Positions 11,879 through 24,188 of a stretch of DNA of 64,000 bases are shown here, one piece after another. Source of the DNA: Penicillus capitatus (taxonomy: Eukaryota > Plantae > Chlorophyta); the NCBI GenBank assembly GCA_965649825.1, contig OZ287709.1, forward strand, positions 186,001-250,000. The letters run 5' to 3'. The translations under genes were made by a program, and so were the position numbers. The number at the start of each line of letters is the position of its first letter. Position 1 is the first letter of the stretch. The notes under the pieces were generated by a model that did not search any database, had not been told where the DNA came from, and saw only the letters and a program-made list of their open reading frames with translations.

Positions 11879-13535
11879 CAAGCGCGTAGCGTTTTTCTTA
11901 TGAGACAAGTAAGGTCCAAGAACGGTGACGTGTGGTAATCCTCTCAGATTTTTGTTTTTCCTGTTTTGAAAGAGGCTGTAGTTTATTCAGCGCTCGGATC
12001 AGGCAGGTTTTTTGGATGGCTCCATACTATTTCAAATCAGCAGGGTTTTTTAGAGACGATGAACTCAAGCAGAATGGCAGATTTAGGATCAAACAAAGAG
12101 TCCCATTAATCACATAACACGTTCTAGCGTAGTTCCAGTGAATCCAACAATCCTTCGACATCTGCAGAGTTGGGAAGTGATTCATGGTTCTTAGAGAATT
12201 TTTGGCGTTGATCAATGAGCTGGTAGGATTAATCGAAGAATAACCTCCTTCCCGAATGTCGGAATGGTATTTGCAAAAATCCAAAGATACCAATCCCCTG
12301 TTGTGCATGAAATTTCTGATTGTCGAACATATTATGTGTCGAAGTCTTATCATTTTAATTGCAATCATTAGAATTTGTTGTTGCTCAAATAGCGCCGATC
12401 CATTTCGTTACGTATCTTCTTTCAATCGCTCCATGCGGAAGACTCTCGACAACAATGCATCTCCATATGTTTCAAACAAGATCATGGAAGAACGTGATAC
12501 TGGAGATGCAAGGGAGTCTAATATTGGACGAAGACGGCACACACCGTGACAGAGAACGAACGACGCGCCGTCTTTCGAATCCGAATGAACAGAATAACTT
12601 ACCGAGCGACTTCCGAGAGAATGAAGGCCAAGGACTCTCTTCTCTGTACGTAGTCCATTCAAGACCTAGCTGAACAGAAAGAAAGCCTCGACCAAATCTC
12701 ATTAGCTTCGAAACTTCGGACTATTGGCCGGAGAACTTCGAGAGTAAGAAGGAGTGTGCTTGCCATCCGGCGGTAAGACAAACCTGCCATGCTTTCGGTG
12801 TCATCTTTATTGGGTCTGCATACTTTGTTCGAGCTTGAAGACGAAGATGTGTCGTGGCAAGACGTGCATCTTTCGCCAATTCCTCTGATATATCAACATC
12901 GGATAATGTGACCCAGATTTGCCATCGCCATTTACCAGATTTCCGTGTTCTTTTAACAAGCCAGTCCAGCCAAGTAACCGTTGACGGTAAAAGACCCTCG
13001 CCGATCTTGATCCCTTCGAGGGTATTCGAGGCATCTTGAGTCGGCTGTGTCTTCTGCACTGGCAGAGGCGGGTCCAAAACCTGTTCCATTAGTCATTTTC
13101 AAGAGTAAGAAGACGACGAACATCCTCACTCGCAGACGATCTGGCTCTGAATCAGACAAGGCATGGTGTGAACAAGAAGTCGCCCAGAAGGTGATTTCAA
13201 AAGACTTTCGTGCTGCTTTCGAGAGGCATAAAAAGCACAGTTGATTTGGGATTCGTTACGTGCGAAGCTCGACGACCGAGTAGGACTTGACACCGCGAGT
13301 CACAAGTCAAAGTCGTCCGCGACACTCTGCTGACAGAGGAGCTGCAGTGCGTGCGCGTACGACAGAGGAGCTGTCACACGAGTGGTCGTCAGTAACGCTC
13401 GTCGACGCATGTCGACGTTCATGACGCGTAACCATGCTCTTTATACTAAACAATCGCTTCAGATTTGGGTTCCCCTGTTACTATCTTCTCGGTCGTTTTG
13501 CGTTCTGTCCTTCACGTTCAAGAAATCCGTACTCT

Positions 13536-14278
13536 GACTCGCCTCTGGAGAGAGATTCTTAAATCCAGGAGGGGCTTCGCCAGCGGCATGTTGCCATGTT
13601 CTCCTGGTGGTTCGTGCATCATTTGTTAGGTTGTTAGCGTATGTGTACATTGTACTGTTTTGAGTACGTGCAAGGGTCGATCCGTGACAGTTGTCTCATG
13701 TTGCTTCTCTCTTGTGTATGCCGAAGATGTCTTTGCAGTATACTGCAAACCGAAAGTAGAGTCGGCTTTCTTGGATCAGTGTTCCTAGTTCCTCAATTAA
13801 CAGATCGTCTTGGTAAAACAGCTGTCTTCGTTTCTCTTTCAAGGCTTCACACTGGAGAAGATGGTCCCTTGTTTCTCTTTGCTTCCCACATCCTCAGCAT
13901 AATTCATTGTCTATCTCGGTTCCCTTGTTTCGGAGGTATTTTAATGTTGGGAGATGTCCCGAGAATACTTGATTGATGTGTGAGATACTTGCCCTGGTCC
14001 AGCTCAGATCTTGGAACCATGGACGTTGGTGGATGCAATGTTTCCAGTTCAATTGTTTCAATAGAGTACCCCGGCCACTGTTGTGCCATTGTCTTGAGGC
14101 TTGCCATTCATAAAACTGCCCCGTCTGTTGTCTGAATCGTCGTCGTCTTAGTCGGGTTTTGGTGAGGATTGAAATCGTCTCCGCCGAGCCATTCCTGTCT
14201 GATGGTAACTGGGATTTTTGGATGCGCATTCATTTAGCTCTGAGGAAGTCTATAGCGTGAGGGACTCGCCTCTGGAGA
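13536..14278 (-). mobile_element. 5'-truncated non-LTR retrotransposon (LINE) fragment of 711 bp between 16-bp target-site duplications
   Basis: gactcgcctctggaga at 13536-13551 and 14263-14278. The intervening DNA is absent from the paralogous site near 54405. Minus frame 14229-13696 reads FSGHLPTLKYLRNKG..LC*GCGKQRETRDHLLQCEAL, a CCHC knuckle typical of LINE ORF2 C-termini, with one internal stop. Confidence 0.75.
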
Positions 14279-15643
14279 TGCTCGACTTCGTCTTGCCGCT
14301 TCGAGGCAGTTCCGTGACGTTCCTTTCCGACTCCGCACTGACTCCACGTCGTATCGCGTCGGCTGCCGATAACGTCTCTTTGCTTTTCTCGACGTTTCCT
14401 TTCTCGTCTGATTTTGTGCTTCTTGTGCGCTGCCTTGAAGTTTGCTCGAAGAAGTCGACGTTCTCTGCGTCTGGCTGACTGAAATCGCTATTGTACACGC
14501 CGCCACCCAAAACCTCGAAAGTGTGTAAATCCCCCACTTCTCTGTCATTCTTGTCGATTACTCAGTGTTTGCCAGTAACGGTGACATTTATCCTGTCCAC
14601 TTCGCGAACTCATCTTGCCTTAAAGCGACCAAGTGAAAGGCCTCTGGGCAGGATTCGCACTCGGGTCATCGGAGGACTTTACACGAACTCGGAGCAAGGT
14701 GTTGAAAGGTTCAGATCGCCATTTCATATTCACGTGGTGACGCGACTTCCCAGTCAGGTGAGTCATCCCGTGCGCAGAGCCACAGAAAAGAGCCCATTCG
14801 GGGCTCAAAAACCTCATTCGACAAGACAGCCAATGCCCCCGAGCAGATGATCCCTGCCACAACAAGACAGTTACAGTGACAAGGAAACTCTGGTCGACAA
14901 AGTATGCAAGAGAACTACAACATACTCAGCATCGTGAACTGTCCTGACGACAGCGGCTATTCAATGATCCATGGATCATTGCAACTCGGCATGTTGGTCG
15001 CGACATTCATTATCCGCGCTGCATCCGAAGGCCGATGTTAGAAACGCGTTTCTCTCTAACAGGCGCTGTTCCTTTCGTGCCTCTTCTCCTTTCCTTCCCC
15101 GTTTGGTCGTCGTGAATTCTCAGACGCCCAGAGTTTCGTTCGACGCGTTTTGTTTTTCGGCAAATGCCCCACCCGTCGTCGCTCGAACTCCCACGTCCGT
15201 CAGGTTTGGCGTCGTCCATTCACGATACCGCGGCAGCCGCGCAGACAATCCAATGACAAACTTGCCAGCCCAGCAGAAATCTCGCATACGTTTAGCGAAC
15301 GTCATGTCTGAGAATTTTGGCAAAGACCGTTGGCAGCACAATACTGTGTACAAGACAGAGATCGAAGCGGAGCTGTCAGTGATCTCGTAGGAGAAACCCT
15401 GGCGGCGTCAAAAAACGAGTTCGTAGTCGTGCCGAGCATCATTTGCGCAGAGATTTCTTTGTCGCCAAGGCGTAAACGTGATAACCGCGTCGTCTGCGGT
15501 TTGATGTGCGACGCTCACTTCGTAAACGGCGCGCAGCAGACGTTTCGTTTACCATCAGAGTCGACACGTTTGACAAGGAGACGGGTGCATCATGTTACTG
15601 CAAAAAGGGATCTCTGATTTCTTCGACGTCGAGGTCGACGAAA

Positions 15644-15934
15644 TCACTCAGTAGGGGATGCTTCCTCCTCATAGGAAACGCACATACCTTTACAAAAAGG
15701 GCAGAAAACGTCGGTACAATCAGCATCGAAAAAGCATGCCTTCAACTAAACAAACAAAGGTCTGTTTAGCTCGAACGTGTGGCGCCTGTGTCTTACGCAG
15801 CCAGCATTCGTGACGAAATTTTCCAGACGGGAGCCGTGCGGGTCGGGGTGAATGACCCTTCCTTCCGCGACGAGCGCGAGGTGCGCCACTGCGACGAGGC
15901 AGATCAACAGAAGAGCGCGAGCTTTGAACGCCAT
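15644..15934 (-). CDS. Secreted 79-aa six-cysteine knottin-like peptide, 2 exons
   Basis: Exon 1 15934-15797 (signal peptide MAFKARALLLICLVAVAHLALVAEG...NAGC), 51-nt gtaag..tttag intron, exon 2 15745-15644 LKACFFDADCTDVFCPFCKGMCVSYEEEASPTE*. Cys spacing C-x3-C-x5-C-x4-C-x2-C-x3-C. Confidence 0.75.
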
Positions 15935-17038
15935 CCTCGAAACTGGAAAACGATGCTGTCTGAACGGAAAAAAAGCTCATGGCCGACCGTTCAGACTTTA
16001 TACGTGAAGTTCACGATCGCGATGGTCCCTTCATTTCCCAAAAGACGCTGGTCGTGCTGTCTGAGCCTTTCGTTCAGATGCAACGATCATGATGATTTGG
16101 CAGCAATTCCCAGCAGGACAGGCACAGCGAAATGGAGAATGCAAGAAACAACAGCTGTTGCCATGTGCTGAACGAGGACTACAAAAAAGCTGCAGTCAAG
16201 ATGAGGATGGGAGGGTCAACAGTTAATCCATGGGCCTCCTTTGCGATGTTCACCCATCAGGGCACAGATCGGTAGACTCAGTTGCTGAAACCCAACAGGC
16301 TTCCAGCCACTCCAAGCGGTGAAGCACAACAGGCCAGCTTGATCGGTTCAGGCTCTACATAACAAGAGGTGTGAGGTGAAGCCGAAGAACAGGTCATGTG
16401 TCCAAGGGTCAGACATCTGCCGTCTGGCGAATCACACGGAAGAGACAGCAGAGAAACACGATTGGCAACGGATAGATTGTGAAATACGTTGACACCAGTG
16501 CATCCTGATTCCCATTTGTTTCTCAGATCTTATATTCGTCAAGATCTAGCCCGACATCTACGTTTCTTTTTGCCTTTTTCGTGTTAACTACATGGCTTTG
16601 TGTATGAGTGTCTCGAGTGAACCGGACTATGACGAAATCCCTGAGCGTACATCTTTCACCAAATCGTTAATCGTAAAAAGGCTCTGCAGATTGTATAAAA
16701 GCATTAACAGCAGCCACGGTATCTGGAAACAGAGAGATAAGTATCGCATTTCTATTACAAATAGTGTTGATTGCCAATATCTGTCGACCAACTTTGACGC
16801 CGAATGCCAGACGGTTGTCCATTTCACCAGGGGTTGGTGACCTTATGATTTCCCAGCTATTGCTTCTTGCAGCGACCCTCTACATTTCTTCCGAAATGTG
16901 CCAGTTCTCAATTCATCTCGTCCTACTCCTATCCGTTTTGATGAAACTGTCACCGTCATGCATTTTTTCGCCTACTCATCTGATCGCACGCAAATTGGCC
17001 ATCGCGTTATCTTTATCGTCAGACCGTGCAGTCGGACA

Positions 17039-17215
17039 ATGGGACCAGCAAAGAAAGCAGGCGCTATTTTTGTCAAACTCGTCAGCACAGCCGGGACGGG
17101 TTTCTTCTACGTGACGAAGCGCAATCCGAAGAAGCTGACTCGGAAACTGCAGTTCGTCAAATACGATCCCAGAGTGAACGCACACGTTCTCTTCACGGAA
17201 CAGAAATTAAAATAA
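17039..17215 (+). CDS. RPL33: Ribosomal protein bL33, organellar (probably mitochondrial), 58 aa, intronless
   Basis: [58 protein letters not shown]; hallmark VKLVS.AGTG.FY and KYDP. Confidence 0.92.
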   Translation: MGPAKKAGAIFVKLVSTAGTGFFYVTKRNPKKLTRKLQFVKYDPRVNAHVLFTEQKLK

Positions 17216-17252
17216 ACAACCTTTAAACACCCTGTCTTTGGCTCTGTTCTCT

Positions 17253-18370
17253 TTAACTAATCTTCGCCTGAGAGAAATCCATCTCGGGATGCGCAGCCAT
17301 GAATTTCTGTAAGATCTCATTCTTTTTTTGTTCCTCGCTTGTCGGCAGTCCCATCTGTTTCTGGCGCTGGTCAAACTACAGCATCACTCCTGTGAGCACC
17401 CACCCTTCATGCCGTCACGCCGTACCATCATTTTTTCGACGGTCTGTCGGGTTTCGCTGTCGAGGTCTGAGAGGTTGCTGTTTTCGGGCGTGACCTTTTG
17501 TGTGTTGATCTCGGCATCACCCTCCAAGACGTTCTTCCACCACGTCATTCCGGTCTGTTTCGCCAGGGTCAGTTCCACCCTTCCATCCACTAACCACACA
17601 TCGCCTTTAACTGTTCGGCCATCGGCACATATCTTACCCATATTCCAAAAACACTCTTCTGGTCGAATCGCAGCTGAAAACTCTCCCTGCAGTACAATAG
17701 ACATATGAGGACTGGACAGAATGGACGTCGTTTCGCACTTCGAGGATCGGGTGCTCCGCATTTTTGCGAGCGATTCTGAGATGCTTCTTCTCGTAAACGA
17801 CATCCAAATCTCGAGCTCGGATGTTCGCGTCGACAGGCACGGACAGACACACTTCACTCAGCGTCTGTGTCCAACTGTAGTTCTCGTAGTCTGCCCCATT
17901 TCCGGAATTTGGCACTATAGGCAAGTAGACCATTCAGCAACTCCCGCACCCACGTGGCATCTCTCTACCCATTCCCTTCTCTTCTTCTGCCGTCTCTTCT
18001 TCTGCCGGTTCCTCTTCCTTTGAGCTGGTGGCTGGCGGCGGTTCATGACTCGGCGCTTCCTGAGTTCTCTACACGGCACATGGATGTTGTCACATCGTCA
18101 TTCAGAAACGGCTACCGGTTGGGATTGGGGTTTAGTCGTCGTTCCACGTGTGTGTTTCTTGACGCCTGCTTTCTGCAACGCCTTGATAACGGGAACGCGG
18201 GGATCGTTGACGCTTTGAAAGTAATTCGTCTTCCTGTTGACAAAGGTGAAGACCGTGCTCAAAAACGCATCGACGTTGTCATTATGACGGTCAAGCATCT
18301 CCGTCAGGGAGCGAAAAAAAGTCGAAGGGTCGACTTCATGCGTGATATCTTCAATCTCGCCAACGCTCAT
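17253..18370 (-). CDS. NUDC: NudC/BOBBER-family co-chaperone, multi-exon
   Basis: [73 protein letters not shown]|[18 protein letters not shown]...[16 protein letters not shown]. Confidence 0.93.
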
Positions 18371-18954
18371 GACGTCACAGAAAAAGCGTTAAGCCAGACG
18401 TGATGCAAAATTCGCACTGCCTGACGTGACGGAAGATGTTCGCGGGCACTTAACGTTAACGACCTCCCTGCCTTCTGTCGAAATTCGCAAACGCCGCATG
18501 CGGCAGTACGGTTGTTTGCAGAAGAGTCCATCGTCAGCGTATGGCTCGCCAAAACGCCGTTTGTGGCCTATATCTCTTATAATATTAAAAAATGCACGGC
18601 AAGGTGTAATGAAGGTTCTGAATTTTATCGTGCCAAATGTCAACGTCTGTTACGGAATTCAGACGTTCTGCTGTTTGGTGAGAGCAAGACGGAGCAGCGT
18701 CGATACTGAGCTGCGTCTGGTGTCGATATACGAACGGAGATGGATAGCCCGGTGGCGAAGTCGTCGACAGTACACGACGGAGCTCGCGAAAACGAACTGT
18801 CGTATATCATCCGTCCGTATGCGCCTACTTCACTTCTTCTTCACAGCATCGATGGTCCGTTCAATCAAGGGAGTCGCTGTCTAGACCGTTGACGGTACAA
18901 ATGACAGGCCTCTGCAAAATAGTCTCGCACTGTTAGTTCTGTCTGTCTTCAAAC

Positions 18955-20628
18955 ATGTCAACCTACGGCCCAGCCGTACTCGTTTGCTTGCTTGGACCCT
19001 TACAATTCGGTAGACGGTATATCCAAGCCTGTTAACCGAATGCAGTGTATTTAGGGATGGCTATGGTTGCGATGAATGCCTCATCCGGCGCCATGTCGGT
19101 ATCCTTAGGATTCGAAAAAAACGCCGGCGGCGCGTTCGCTTCAGCGGCGTTGTTTCTCGGCATGGCCTTGGGAAACCTCGGGTCGGCGGCTTTTGAGCGG
19201 TGGACTGGGCGCTACGTGCAAACGTGGATCGGTGTCCTGTACGCAACAGGGAACCTGCTCTGTGCTTGCACAACGGCGCACAAAGTGTATTGGGGCGGCG
19301 AGTTCCACGGATGCGTGGCTGTCATGCTCCTTGTTGGCCGTATCGTGACCGGGATTGGCTGCGGACTCTCCACAGCGACCTCACCAAAGTACACACGCAT
19401 CTACTGTCGCAGAGCGGAGCAAAGCAAGCGTGCAGGATCTTGACACGCATGTTCCCTCCTGACCAGCGCTATGCCGTTGTCGGAAGCTCACAGGTTTGGC
19501 TGTTAAGGATTCGACCACGATAATACCTATTCTGCTCTCATAGGTCTCCATTGTCACGGGCGTTTTCATTGGCTTGTATTCCGGACTACCATACGCCGTC
19601 AAGAATATTCCAAGCCTCCATAATATCTGGTGGAGAGGCGTTTTTATTCTCGCGACGGTTCCAGCAGTTCTGCAAGTAACCCTCAACCGCACGCTTGCTG
19701 CTGCACTTGTACAGAAATGCTCTTTCAGATGTTGCTGGGATGGTGGGTTTGTTCAAGCTTTGAACAGCCCCTTGAAGAATGTATGAGCTATCCTTCGGAG
19801 GCTTCATTTGGGGGCAATCCAGCGCAGTCCATGGAGGATGATATCGAGGAAGGAAACAATCTTGCCGAGCCAGATCTCGAAGGAAGCTGCTCCTCCCTCT
19901 CCACAGCGCCATCGTCTTCGGCCAAATCGATAAGCTCTCCTCAACCTCCTAAAGCAAAAAAGCCGAGCATCGAATGGCGCGACGTCTTCAGTGTAGAAAA
20001 TAGACAGTCAACCATCTTAGCGATCGGTGTCCCCGTCACAAGCGCATCGGTCGGCTTGTATACGACCACGATGTATTCGGTAGATATCTTAGAAACGGTC
20101 GAGTTCCAAGATACTGTCTCGGGAAGCATTCTTCTCGGTTTCTGTATGTTCGTCTCCAGTGCCTTCATTGCCTTATACTTAAAAGCAGTCGGTTGTTCAA
20201 AAACCTTACTTGTTAGTTTGTTCGGTCTCTCTTTAGCTTGTATCGGAATGTCGATCTTCGATGTGTTAGGACGACATCTGGGAGAACCGTTAGCTGCAGT
20301 CATTCTCATTCTTTGCTTTCCGGTCTTTGTTCCCGGGTGTATACTGTTTCCTCACAGTATAGAACCATCTTCAACTCGGATACCAACATTTTTTTGGACC
20401 ACTGGACGTGTTCTGACATCCTTCGTCGCGTTTTTCCACGCTCTGTTTTTTCCAAGTCTGCTGAAAGCAATAGGTGTCCAATGGTCTTTTTTGATTTTTG
20501 CATTCTTCGGCCTTTCAACTTTTCTTACCGTCGATAGGACACTGTTAGAGGATTGTGGGCAGAGAGAAGAGTCAGCCAAGAGGACCTCGAATGAAACACA
20601 TGGATTAGAGAATGCGGAATGCGCTTGA
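18955..20628 (+). CDS. MFS sugar porter ST2 (most divergent paralogue), 5 exons
   Basis: MSTYGPAVLVCLLGPLQF|GMAMVAMNA...HKVYWGGEFHGCVAVMLLVGRIVTG...WWRGVF. Same four intron positions as ST1; C-terminal ETKG motif lost. Confidence 0.8.
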
Positions 20629-21035
20629 TGGGATCGTGTATAGAGAGAGACTCAACAATCTCAACCCTAGATGTCAGGAATGGATATAAAGTGCGGAGTC
20701 CATCCATCCTGTTACCTAGATTTACGCCGCTGTACATTAGGTACGATGGCAACCGCGCAAGATCAATAAAGCACGGTCTCGGTTTCTGGATCTTTCATCA
20801 GAAGACAGCTGTAAGATGAAAGGTGGTTATTGACGATGACCCACACGATGATCGTCTGTACACGTCTTCAATAAAACGACAGACGATATATATATCTCTG
20901 CAGAAAGAGTGGGTGTTTGGTGATCATACTTCAATCAGTAAGTTATGTGCACTCTCGATGATGTTAATATGATGAGTTCTATGAGTTATTTCGCTTCATT
21001 TATTTTCTTTAACGTGTCAAGGCAGGCTGTACGAG

Positions 21036-23967
21036 ATGAGTGGGGATGCACCGACTTATGACCTTAAGGCGCGCCGTATTAAGCAGCTGTTGTCCAGTTA
21101 CTACGGCACGGACCAGCAGCCAGATGTCGAGACGAATTCTCAACAGTCGGGTGGACCAACCGACGATGTGTCGTCCAGTACTTCCGTCGGAACGCCAAAG
21201 TTCTCGAGCATTGACTCGCCGGCTTTTCACGTGGAGACCTACGTCGCGACGCTCGTCAGGACGGCTCGAGTTGATACACTGCTGAAGAAACACGCAGAGA
21301 TGGTGAAAGAAATTCGAGCCCTTGACAGTGACATGCAGATGCTCGTCTATGAAAACTACAACAAATTCATCTCGGCCACCGATACCATTCGCAGCATGAA
21401 GAGTAATGTCGATGGGATGGGTGAAAAGATGGAAGAACTCAAGAGCATCATGGGATGCGTGGCTCAAACGAGCGACGGCGTCAATTCCAAACTACAGAAG
21501 CACAGGGATGGCATCGAGGAGCTCAGTCGCGTCAAGGTCCTCCTGCAGAAGATCCAAGTCCGAACAAGTTCCGTCAGGGCTCAGTGTTTGACACGACTTG
21601 CCTACGTAGAGTATCATCGACTTGCCAAAGCGACTGGAGATTGCGCTGAGACAGGAGGCGTATTCTGTGGCCGTTGCTAACTACTGTGAAGCACGACCAT
21701 TGCTGAAGAAGTATGGACATCAAGGGGCGTTTCGTTCTGTTGCGGCAGATTGCGAGACAGTGATGGAAAGAGTGACAGAAAATCTCAAAGAGCGATTACA
21801 GGATCCCCAACAGAGCGCCGATGCGTGTGTCCAACTTCTTCGCGAACTCGGAAACGATTTTGGCAATCTCCAGGTCCGTCACGCCACGATGACACACGAG
21901 CTGACAAAATGCGCCGCCACACTAGGACCTCTTTCTTTCTGGCCGGCAGAAACAAATCGATAATATCCTTGAAGAAGCGGGTTCCGTCGTGGTCTCCGTC
22001 GCCTCGGACTTCCTGATCGAGAACAGAAGTCCCAGCGAAGGTCCGATCATCATCGGGTATCTGCTTGGATGCGTCAGGAGTGTTGTGCGGCAGAAGTGGA
22101 TGCTGCGTGGAAGGACAGCGAGTCCGGGACGGTCACGATGGTTTCGTTTGTTCAGCATCTGAATGGCACGGCACTGCGTCTGCTTTGCGAGACCGTTGCA
22201 AGCTTCAATGCCACATTCTCCTCCGTCCGATCGGAATCGGACACGCCGTTGGATCGGAGTCAGCTCGTGCAGATGTCGAAACGCATTCTGGATGCTTACC
22301 AGCAATGCATCCATCGTATCTGCGCCCTCTCCGTCGCTCGCATAGCAGCAGATTCGCTGTCGCTTCCTCCACGCGGAATGATTCGTTTTCCTCAAGAAAC
22401 GGAAGACGATACAGAAATCACTGCGCTAAAAATTCGCGTCCACTTTGGTGCCCAAGACTTGGCTCAGTGCCTGATATCTATCGTTCAGGCAATGCAGATG
22501 GTCGACAGTCGTCTGCCAGAGGTCGATCCAGTTGGCTTAGCACAATCTCTCTGCCGTTCGCTGATCGAACATCACACCACACTCTGTTTCCGTATGTTGA
22601 TCCACAGAGTCATCGGAACACTTAACGGAATCAAGAAGAGAACCCTCGATTCTCAAATGTCCTCCGGAAGCATTCTTCGAGGTAGCTATCAACCACCGAG
22701 TGAGGGACTGAGTCTATTACCCTTTCGCTTGCCGTTGCAGAATTCGGCACCCTCGATTTGCAACGTGTCTACACACATCTCTGCGATGTGCTGCTCAGAG
22801 GGCTCCACTCAGTTATCGAAGACTTGAAGCACTACGAAGCTTCTCCTCTGCTTCTCGAATCGTGGAAGAGTTCTTTTATCGATGTGCTACAGGGACAGAT
22901 CCAGCATCTCTTCTTAACTCTACTCAGTGCCTTGACGGTTCTTGTAAAGCAACACGATGCGAACAGTCCACTGTTTACCGAAGTCCGTGAAGGCGTGGGC
23001 GGGTTACCTTTGCCGTCCGATCTCAAAGAGGAGAAGCTGTATGAATTGGCCGGAATTTCGCAACCTGAGAAGAAGAGTGAGATCAGTCCTGAAGAGCCGC
23101 CAAAGAGAAGCAGGCATCGAATGAAGTGTCCGACAGGCGTGGCATTGCTCAGCGCTCGTCTCTGTACTTTTCTAGAGATCACTCTCGTCCCGAATGCAGT
23201 GGAGATGATGGCGACGATGTTTCCAGAAGCTGGCAGCGGTGATCAACCCGCGTTCAATCCTTCAGAAGTGATACGAAAGTCAAACACGATGGCATCCGAG
23301 CTGCTCCGAGAGTACATTGAAGTTTACGGACGCAGTTTGACACTTATGATCCGACAGAGCATCGCCGCCGCAAACTGGCTGAATCATAAGGAGCCTAGAG
23401 GACCCCGTCCAATCTGCGATCTGATCGTGACTCGACTCGAAGCTGCCGAGAAAGAGATCGTTCAGTTGATTGACGATGGAGGCAACAGATCACGTTAGGC
23501 GTTTCGCTTCCCATTTCATACCAAGTGCATCATTCTTTGCAGGGAGAAAAGGTCAGAGCTCTCCTAGACACCGCCGTGAAGCCAGCGCGACAGATGTGGT
23601 GGATCCGGCATTGGAAGGCACAGCATTGGAACGAAACGTCGCAAAGCTCTTTCGACAACGCGTTCAGCTAGAGAGAAAGGCAGAGTTCACTCAGTCCAGC
23701 ATCCAAGCGTCTATTCTCGGCAGTGGACTCAAGTCACTCATCGAGTGCATTCGTATGGAGACATTGGGTCGTGCTGGACTGCAGCAACTGCAGTTGGATG
23801 TGCTCTACCTGCGCCCATTGGTCACAGGCTTTGTGCGTGGCAAGGAGAGTGAAAGCATTGCCGCTTTGCTGGAAGAGGTCGTTGCAGCCGCCGTTGAACG
23901 CAGCCTGGACCCGACGCTGTTGGAACCAGCCGTCGTCGACAAGATTCTACTCACTGAAAACGAGTGA
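21036..23967 (+). CDS. VPS51: GARP/EARP complex subunit VPS51 (Ang2), multi-exon
   Basis: LLSSYYG, IDSPAF, EIRALDSDMQMLVYENYNKFISATDTIRSMK, NWLNHKEPRGPR, ERNVAKLFRQRV, KSLIECIRMETLGRAGLQQLQLD. Confidence 0.93.
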
Positions 23968-24188
23968 TACCATCCTTAGATAACTCCACTTTATTAGTGA
24001 ACACACATTTGAACATGTCTCACAACTTTGGAGAGGAGCACTGTTCAATCTTGTTCAGTTCATTTATACCATGAACCCGGATTGACAAAAAGAATCAAAA
24101 AAGTCACGTGCAATCGATGGACAAATTCTTCAGTTAGGAAAGCTATCGAAGAAGCTTGATAATGCATGCAAGGGCGGCGACGGTTCCG

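Larger units (their letters stand above)
9483..14660. repeat. Segmental duplication copy A (direct repeat of ~47759-54800, lacking the ST3 segment and carrying a LINE insertion)
   Basis: 9483-9975 aligns to 47759-48415; 9980-13550 aligns to ~50920-54420; 14263-14660 aligns to ~54400-54800. Confidence 0.85.
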
